A DNA stretch of 32,000 nucleotides, taken from NCBI RefSeq assembly GCF_017874455.1, contig NZ_JAGGLN010000002.1, positions 406,248 to 438,247 on the forward strand, given 5' to 3'. Positions 27,245 through 32,000 of this stretch are shown here, one piece after another; positions within the stretch are counted from its first letter, which is position 1; every line of letters begins with the position of its first letter. The notes beneath the pieces are model-generated. The model ran no database searches. It saw only the letters and a program-made list of their open reading frames with translations, and had not been told where the DNA came from. The translations under genes and the position numbers were made by a program. This DNA is from Methanobacterium aggregans (GTDB lineage: Archaea; Methanobacteriota; Methanobacteria; Methanobacteriales; Methanobacteriaceae).

Positions 27245-28840
27245 ATGTCGTTTATAGAATTGGAAAATGTTACTAAAACCTTCGATGGTGTAAAAGTTCT
27301 AAAAAATCTGAGCATGACCATAAACGAGGGAAAAGTTCTGGGTATTCTTGGTAGAAGTGGTTCCGGTAAATCCGTACTGATAAACATGCTCAGGGGAATG
27401 AAGGAGTACAAACCCGACGAAGGCAGGATCTTTTACACGGTGGCTCTATGTCCAGGGTGTATGAGGGTTGAAGCCCCATCCAAGGCTGGAACTAAGTGTG
27501 GATGTGGATGTGAATTTGGACTTGAAAAGGTTGATTTCTGGAACTCTGACAGAAAACTCTTTGCAGCCATTAAAAGAAGGATTTCAATAATGCTGCAGAG
27601 GACCTTTGCACTTTATGAGGATGACACAGTTATAGACAACGTTATAAAATCCATTGAAGGCCATGAATACGAGGAAAGCACCTACATGGCAATAGACCTC
27701 CTTGAAATGGCCCAGATGACCCACAGGATCACCCACATAGCCAGGGATCTGAGTGGTGGAGAGAAGCAAAGGGTCGTGCTTGCAAGGCAGATAGCAAAGG
27801 AGCCTATGCTTTTCCTTGCAGACGAACCAACAGGTACACTTGACCCTAAAACAGCTGAACTCATACACGAGGCTCTTATTGAAGGTGTTAAGGATAAGGG
27901 AACCACCATGGTTATAACATCCCACTGGCCAGAGGTTATGAAAAAACTCTCAAACTACGTTATCTGGCTTGAAAAGGGAGAAATAATTGAGGAAGGCAAA
28001 CCAGAAGAAGTTGTGAAGAAATTCCTTGAACAGGTACCTTTACCTGAGAAGAAGGAAGTTTACCAGACAGGAGGCCCAATAATCCAGATGGAAGGGGTCA
28101 AAAAACATTACTACTCCATAGAAAGGGGAGTTGTCAAGGCAGTTGATGGAATAGACCTCAACGTTAACGACAGTGAAATATTTGGAATTGTTGGATTAAG
28201 CGGTGCAGGTAAAACAACCCTTTCAAGGATACTCTATGGATTAACAGAACCCAGCAGTGGTAAGATAGAAGTTAAACTCGGGGAGAACTGGGTTGATATG
28301 ACTGAAAAAGGCCCCTTTGGAAGGGGTCGAGTGAAACCTTACCTTGGAATACTGCACCAGGAGTACAGTTTGTACCCCCACAGGAACGTGCTTGGAAACC
28401 TTACAGAGGCAATAAGCCTGGAACTTCCAGCAGAATTTGCACATATGAAAGCACTGTACGTTCTCAAAGCAGTTGGATTTGATGAAGATTACGCTAAAAA
28501 TATATTGAAGAAATATCCTGATGAACTGAGTGGTGGAGAGCGTCACAGAGTTGCCCTTGCACAGGTGCTCATAAGGGAACCTAAGATAATCATTCTGGAT
28601 GAACCAACAGGTACCATGGATCCAATAACAAGGGTTCAGGTAACAGATTCTATAAGAAAGGCACGGGATGAGCTTAGTCAGACTTTCCTGATAATATCCC
28701 ACGATATGGACTTTGTTCTTGATGTGTGTGACAGAGCAGCACTTATGCGTGGTGGGAAAATTCTGAAAGAGGGAGATCCTCATTCAATTGTGGAAGACCT
28801 CACACCAACTGAGAAGGAAAAGATGCTTACGGAGGAATAG
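27245..28840 (+). CDS. atwA: Methyl-coenzyme M reductase system component A2 (tandem ABC ATPase)
   Basis: Two ABC cassettes are present. Walker A motifs are GRSGSGKS and GLSGAGKT. Signature motifs are LSGGEKQR and LSGGERHR. Walker B motifs are [12 protein letters not shown] and [13 protein letters not shown] Cys-rich insert [21 protein letters not shown] (27449-27511) lies in cassette 1. The length of about 531 aa from ATG 27245 (AGGTGG SD) fits component A2. Confidence 0.9.
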   Translation: MSFIELENVTKTFDGVKVLKNLSMTINEGKVLGILGRSGSGKSVLINMLRGMKEYKPDEGRIFYTVALCPGCMRVEAPSKAGTKCGCGCEFGLEKVDFWNSDRKLFAAIKRRISIMLQRTFALYEDDTVIDNVIKSIEGHEYEESTYMAIDLLEMAQMTHRITHIARDLSGGEKQRVVLARQIAKEPMLFLADEPTGTLDPKTAELIHEALIEGVKDKGTTMVITSHWPEVMKKLSNYVIWLEKGEIIEEGKPEEVVKKFLEQVPLPEKKEVYQTGGPIIQMEGVKKHYYSIERGVVKAVDGIDLNVNDSEIFGIVGLSGAGKTTLSRILYGLTEPSSGKIEVKLGENWVDMTEKGPFGRGRVKPYLGILHQEYSLYPHRNVLGNLTEAISLELPAEFAHMKALYVLKAVGFDEDYAKNILKKYPDELSGGERHRVALAQVLIREPKIIILDEPTGTMDPITRVQVTDSIRKARDELSQTFLIISHDMDFVLDVCDRAALMRGGKILKEGDPHSIVEDLTPTEKEKMLTEE

Positions 28841-28841
28841 A

Positions 28842-29318
28842 ATGGTATGGGAAGATGCACCATCACACGTATGTAGGGGAGGAGACAAGAGGGCGTTGGC
28901 TTTCTGCTGTCCGCCTGTAAAACCCTGTCCAATATTGTACGCACTTGAAGATACTAAGATCACACCTCAAGAGTACATAGAGATCAAGGAGAAGTTTGGA
29001 GAAAAAAGCAGGCTAGGCCAGGGTGAAGGAACCTGTTTCGGTTCACTTGTATGGTGCTGTAAACCATCAAAACCATGCCCCTTAAGGGATATGGTTATGC
29101 GCAGAATAGACATGGATGTTGACGAGTACATGAAGCTTAAAAAGGAACTTTCAGAGGAACTCGTTGGTAGCGAGGGATCAACACTCCAAGAAAGTGTGAA
29201 GGCACTCTCTGAAACCTTCAACATTCCAGAGGATGAAGCCCAGAAGGTCCTTGCAGAATGTGGCAACGATGTGAAAACAGCTGCCAAAATACTCAGAATG
29301 AAGAATCTGGAGTTATAA
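28842..29318 (+). CDS. Methanogenesis marker domain 9 protein (8-Cys, two [FW]CCxxxKPCP[IL] motifs) with C-terminal UBA/NAC-like helical domain
   Basis: [31 protein letters not shown]...[19 protein letters not shown] has Cys at residues 11, 22, 23, 29, 65, 72, 73 and 79. The C-terminus [29 protein letters not shown] is UBA/NAC/EF-Ts-N-like. The ATG lies 1 nt after the atwA stop, with GGAGGA upstream. The track ORF start at 28788 overlaps atwA and is rejected. Confidence 0.8.
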   Translation: MVWEDAPSHVCRGGDKRALAFCCPPVKPCPILYALEDTKITPQEYIEIKEKFGEKSRLGQGEGTCFGSLVWCCKPSKPCPLRDMVMRRIDMDVDEYMKLKKELSEELVGSEGSTLQESVKALSETFNIPEDEAQKVLAECGNDVKTAAKILRMKNLEL

Positions 29319-29319
29319 G

Positions 29320-29946
29320 ATGGGATGGACTCCACTCTTCCTTGAAATGCACCATAAAAATGTTTTAGTGGTGGGTGCAGGAGAGGTGGGAGAAAGGAGA
29401 GCCAGAAGATTTCTTGAAGCAGGTGCAAGTGTTGTGGTGCTGGGAAGCATTGCACCCCGTGAGATCCTTGAACTTGGAGCATCCCTAGAACCAATGGAGG
29501 ATGCTGCAAAATGGGTTGAATGGGCCGACCTTGTGGTTACAGCAACCCCTGACACTGATTTAAACCAGATGATTGCAGATCTTGCAGGAATTAAGCTGGT
29601 CAACAGGGCCGATGCACCACAAAATGGTAACTTCATAGTTCCATCATCTTTTTTCATAGGCGATGTACAGATATGCATATTCACAGGCGGTAAAAGCCCC
29701 CTCATGTCCAAGGAATTAAGAAAAAAGATACAAAAAGTAATAAAAACTGAGGATGTGCTGCAGCTCGAGCTTCAGGACTTTGCAAGGAACATCCTAAAAA
29801 AACGGGTTGATGATCAGAAAGCCCGTAAAAAGTATCTTTATCAAATATTAAATGATGAGAAGGTTAAAAAGTTCCTGGAAGATGAAGATCTTCAGGGGGC
29901 CCAGGTTTACGTTGAATGTTTACTATCTGGATTGAAAGAAAATTGA
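29320..29946 (+). CDS. sirC: Precorrin-2 dehydrogenase / sirohydrochlorin ferrochelatase-type (siroheme synthase N-terminal domain family)
   Basis: [29 protein letters not shown] is a Rossmann motif. [32 protein letters not shown] and [21 protein letters not shown] match the CysG-N/Met8/SirC pattern. The ATG lies 1 nt after the preceding stop. Confidence 0.85.
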   Translation: MGWTPLFLEMHHKNVLVVGAGEVGERRARRFLEAGASVVVLGSIAPREILELGASLEPMEDAAKWVEWADLVVTATPDTDLNQMIADLAGIKLVNRADAPQNGNFIVPSSFFIGDVQICIFTGGKSPLMSKELRKKIQKVIKTEDVLQLELQDFARNILKKRVDDQKARKKYLYQILNDEKVKKFLEDEDLQGAQVYVECLLSGLKEN

Positions 29947-30216
29947 TTTTAGGTATAAAAAATAAAAAACTAATTTTAAATAGGATTGAATTCAAAAAAA
30001 GATTTTGATGAGGTAGTTCTGGAGTATTAACACCTTTTTAAGTACTAAAAAAATTAGTATTACCTCAAAAATTAAATTTAATAAAGAGATGGGATAAACA
30101 ATTCTTTTACTGAAGTGATCCTTACTGATCAAAAATAAATATAAGTTTTTATTGAATTTAAATAAACCATAATTGATTGATGATGAACCTTTTTTTAAGG
30201 GTTTTGGAGGGAGCAA

Positions 30217-31410
30217 GTGATCCTAAATATCAGAGTCGACCATAAAACTGCAAGCATCGGTACAATGGAGAGATCAGCACATAAACTTGACGTTGCGTTC
30301 CAGGAAATTCAGAATAAGTACCCTGTAGAGGAACACCTCCAAATAAAGACCTGCAACAGAACAGAATTTTACCTGGTGCTTAAGGACTGCAGTATGGAAG
30401 TGGAATGTGATGATTTCGTGGTTGAAACTGATGAAAAAGCACTTGAACATCTTTTAAGACTTGCATCCGGATTGGAATCCATGATAGTAGGTGAAGACCA
30501 GATACTTGGCCAGATAAAGGATGCCCGTAAACGAAGTATTAAGGAAGGATGCTGCGGCAGAGTTTTAAACACTGTTTTTACCAAGGCAGTTCATGTTGGC
30601 CAGTCCGTTCGTAAAAAAACCCGGATAAACGAGGGATCCGTGTCCATAGGATCTGCAGCAGTTGACCTTGCAGAGAAGGTTCATGGAAACCTTAAATGTA
30701 AGAAGGTCCTGGTTGTGGGTGCTGGTAAGATGGGAACCCTTGTTGCCAAGGCCCTGGTTGAAAAAAATCTTAAAGCAATCGTTGTTGCAAACAGAACCCA
30801 TGACAGGGCAGTTTGCCTTGCAAGGGAGCTGGGTGGTTCAGCCATACACTTCAACAAACTCGCTGAAGCAATGAAAGATGCAGATGTTGTTATAAGTGCA
30901 ACAGGAGCCCCACACCCAATTTTAACCTATGAAAAGGTGAAGGAAACTGTGCCTCCAGAAAATCTCAGGAACATGGTGATGGTGGACATTGCAAACCCCC
31001 GTGACATAGAGGAGAGGGTTTCAGAACTGGGTGTTAAACTTTTCAACATAGATGATCTTCGTGGAGTTGCAGATGAAAGCCTGAAGATGCGTGAAGCAGA
31101 AGCAGTGCGTGCAGAGAAAATAGTTGAAGAGGAACTGGAACTTCTCCATAGATCACTGAAGCGCATGGAAGTTGAACCATTGATATCCAGTATTCGTGCT
31201 AATGCCGAGGAAATAAGGGTTAAAGAAACCAGGAAAGCTCTTAAAATTCTTGGAGATATGAATGGTAATGAGAAGGTGGTTGATGACCTTACAAAGGTCC
31301 TGGTCAAACACATCTCCTACGATATGATTCAAAACCTGAAGCATGCAGCTGAAATGGATGAAAAAGAGGTTATAAAGGCTGCAGAAACAATTTTTAAGGG
31401 TAAAAATTGA
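30217..31410 (+). CDS. hemA: Glutamyl-tRNA reductase
   Basis: GTG start after [19 protein letters not shown] (catalytic Cys), [17 protein letters not shown] and [17 protein letters not shown] (NADPH Rossmann) are followed by a C-terminal dimerisation helix region. Confidence 0.93.
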   Translation: MILNIRVDHKTASIGTMERSAHKLDVAFQEIQNKYPVEEHLQIKTCNRTEFYLVLKDCSMEVECDDFVVETDEKALEHLLRLASGLESMIVGEDQILGQIKDARKRSIKEGCCGRVLNTVFTKAVHVGQSVRKKTRINEGSVSIGSAAVDLAEKVHGNLKCKKVLVVGAGKMGTLVAKALVEKNLKAIVVANRTHDRAVCLARELGGSAIHFNKLAEAMKDADVVISATGAPHPILTYEKVKETVPPENLRNMVMVDIANPRDIEERVSELGVKLFNIDDLRGVADESLKMREAEAVRAEKIVEEELELLHRSLKRMEVEPLISSIRANAEEIRVKETRKALKILGDMNGNEKVVDDLTKVLVKHISYDMIQNLKHAAEMDEKEVIKAAETIFKGKN

Positions 31411-31411
31411 C

Positions 31412-31444
31412 AGCTGATTTAAATTAGGGTAGCTGATTTAAATT
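31412..31444. repeat. 14-bp direct repeat (agctgatttaaatt) x2, separated by 5 bp, just after the hemA stop
   Basis: 31412-31425 and 31431-31444 are identical by direct reading. Confidence 0.7.
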
Positions 31445-31620
31445 TAATTAGTTTTAATGGATTTTTTAATGTTAGGATATGAATTAAAGATTTTTTTAAG
31501 GTTCTGATTAGGAATTAAATAATTCTTTATTTTAAATTTTAAAATCCTTTATCTGATTATTTGTTTTAAAAATCATTACTTGACCCTGTATATAAAAAAA
31601 ACTTATTTTTAATGATAATT

Positions 31621-32000
31621 TTAATGATTGAATGAATCTTCACCCCTGTCCATAAGTCCCAGAACCCTTGTGGTGAATAGGAGGATGAACGGTGCTATTA
31701 TGAGCTGGGAAACCAGATCTCCCACCAAAGGCAGGGTTGAGAGGTTGTCAGTTAGAACCAGCTTCAAAATTCCAAGTATCAGAAATATTCCAGTGTAAAC
31801 CACCACAAGATCCTTGAAGCCCAGATATTTGATTTTCCTGATTATTGCCCTGAAATCCAGGCCTGATCTTATGTTCCCATGGTTGTGGGCCATGTTGAGC
31901 ATGACTGCAGGAAAGAAGATGTAGATGGTGCCCAGTAAAAGGATGAGGATCAAAAATCCAATTATGGTGGCATCTGCAGATGCTTCAGTGCTCCAGAGAA
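31621..32000 (-). CDS. DUF4013-like membrane protein, second paralog (5' end beyond window)
   Basis: The minus-strand frame is open to the window edge (…LWSTEASADATIIGFLILILLLGT…). GLDFRAIIRKIKYLGFKDLVVVYTGIFLILG parallels [31 protein letters not shown] in the 11579..12508 protein. There is no zinc ribbon at the C-terminus. Confidence 0.55.
   Translation of the reverse strand, partial: LWSTEASADATIIGFLILILLLGTIYIFFPAVMLNMAHNHGNIRSGLDFRAIIRKIKYLGFKDLVVVYTGIFLILGILKLVLTDNLSTLPLVGDLVSQLIIAPFILLFTTRVLGLMDRGEDSFNH

Noticed and set aside
27449-27511. Cys-rich insert (CPGC-x12-CGCGC) in the first ABC cassette of AtwA as a novel feature
   Set aside because: I believe a Cys-containing insertion at this position is typical of component A2 orthologs, so it is probably family-standard rather than new. 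An alignment would confirm this.
28241-29711. Long minus-strand ORFs (28241..28783, 28967..29509, 29313..29711) antisense to atwA, the marker-9 gene and sirC
   Set aside because: All three are antisense to genes with unambiguous family motifs. Their composition is low-complexity (S/L/P/H-rich), they lack ribosome-binding sites, and they overlap each other.
29947-30216. Nested inverted repeats (GAGGTA...TACCTC; AGTACTAA/TTAGTATT) upstream of hemA as a riboswitch-like leader
   Set aside because: The stems are short (6-8 bp, with one mismatch), A/T-rich and far apart. They resemble no known riboswitch core and are compatible with chance in AT-rich DNA.

Overview
The window reads as a chromosomal segment of a Methanobacteriaceae-type hydrogenotrophic methanogen. 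It is AT-rich, has GGAGG/AGGTG Shine-Dalgarno sites, TTTATATA-like archaeal TATA boxes and oligo-T termination tracts. No rRNA, tRNA, CRISPR array, transposase or integrase was seen.

Most of it is conserved core metabolism in tight, often overlapping operons:
- tRNA wyosine synthesis (taw1)
- korD-korA / korB-korC-sucC (2-oxoglutarate:ferredoxin oxidoreductase plus succinyl-CoA synthetase beta)
- mptD
- psd-pssA (archaetidylserine/ethanolamine lipids)
- mreB and rnhB
- an ExbB/ExbD-like pair
- purO
- cofE-cofD-gch3 (F420)
- a nifR3-like TIM barrel, atwA (MCR component A2) and a marker-9 Cys-rich protein
- sirC and hemA

From memory only, the gene order resembles the Methanothermobacter thermautotrophicus MTH1018-MTH1036 neighbourhood; this needs checking.

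The less ordinary material is envelope-related or uncharacterised:
1. Two tandem paralogs encode secreted Tyr/Lys-repeat proteins ending in a minimal transglutaminase-like Cys-His core. They appear to initiate at ATT/ATA and share a conserved promoter and leader hairpin.
2. A sortase homolog carries extra C-terminal TM helices.
3. A 465-aa Lys-rich, single-pass, CpaB-like membrane protein is translationally coupled to pssA.
4. An unknown 212-aa gene is translationally coupled to mreB.
5. An orphan ExbB/ExbD stator pair has no TonB/TolA partner in view.
6. A nifR3-like TIM barrel and a methanogenesis-marker-9 domain bracket atwA as separate genes; these two parts are reported to be fused in some other methanogens.

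All functional calls come from motif recognition by eye. No searches were run.
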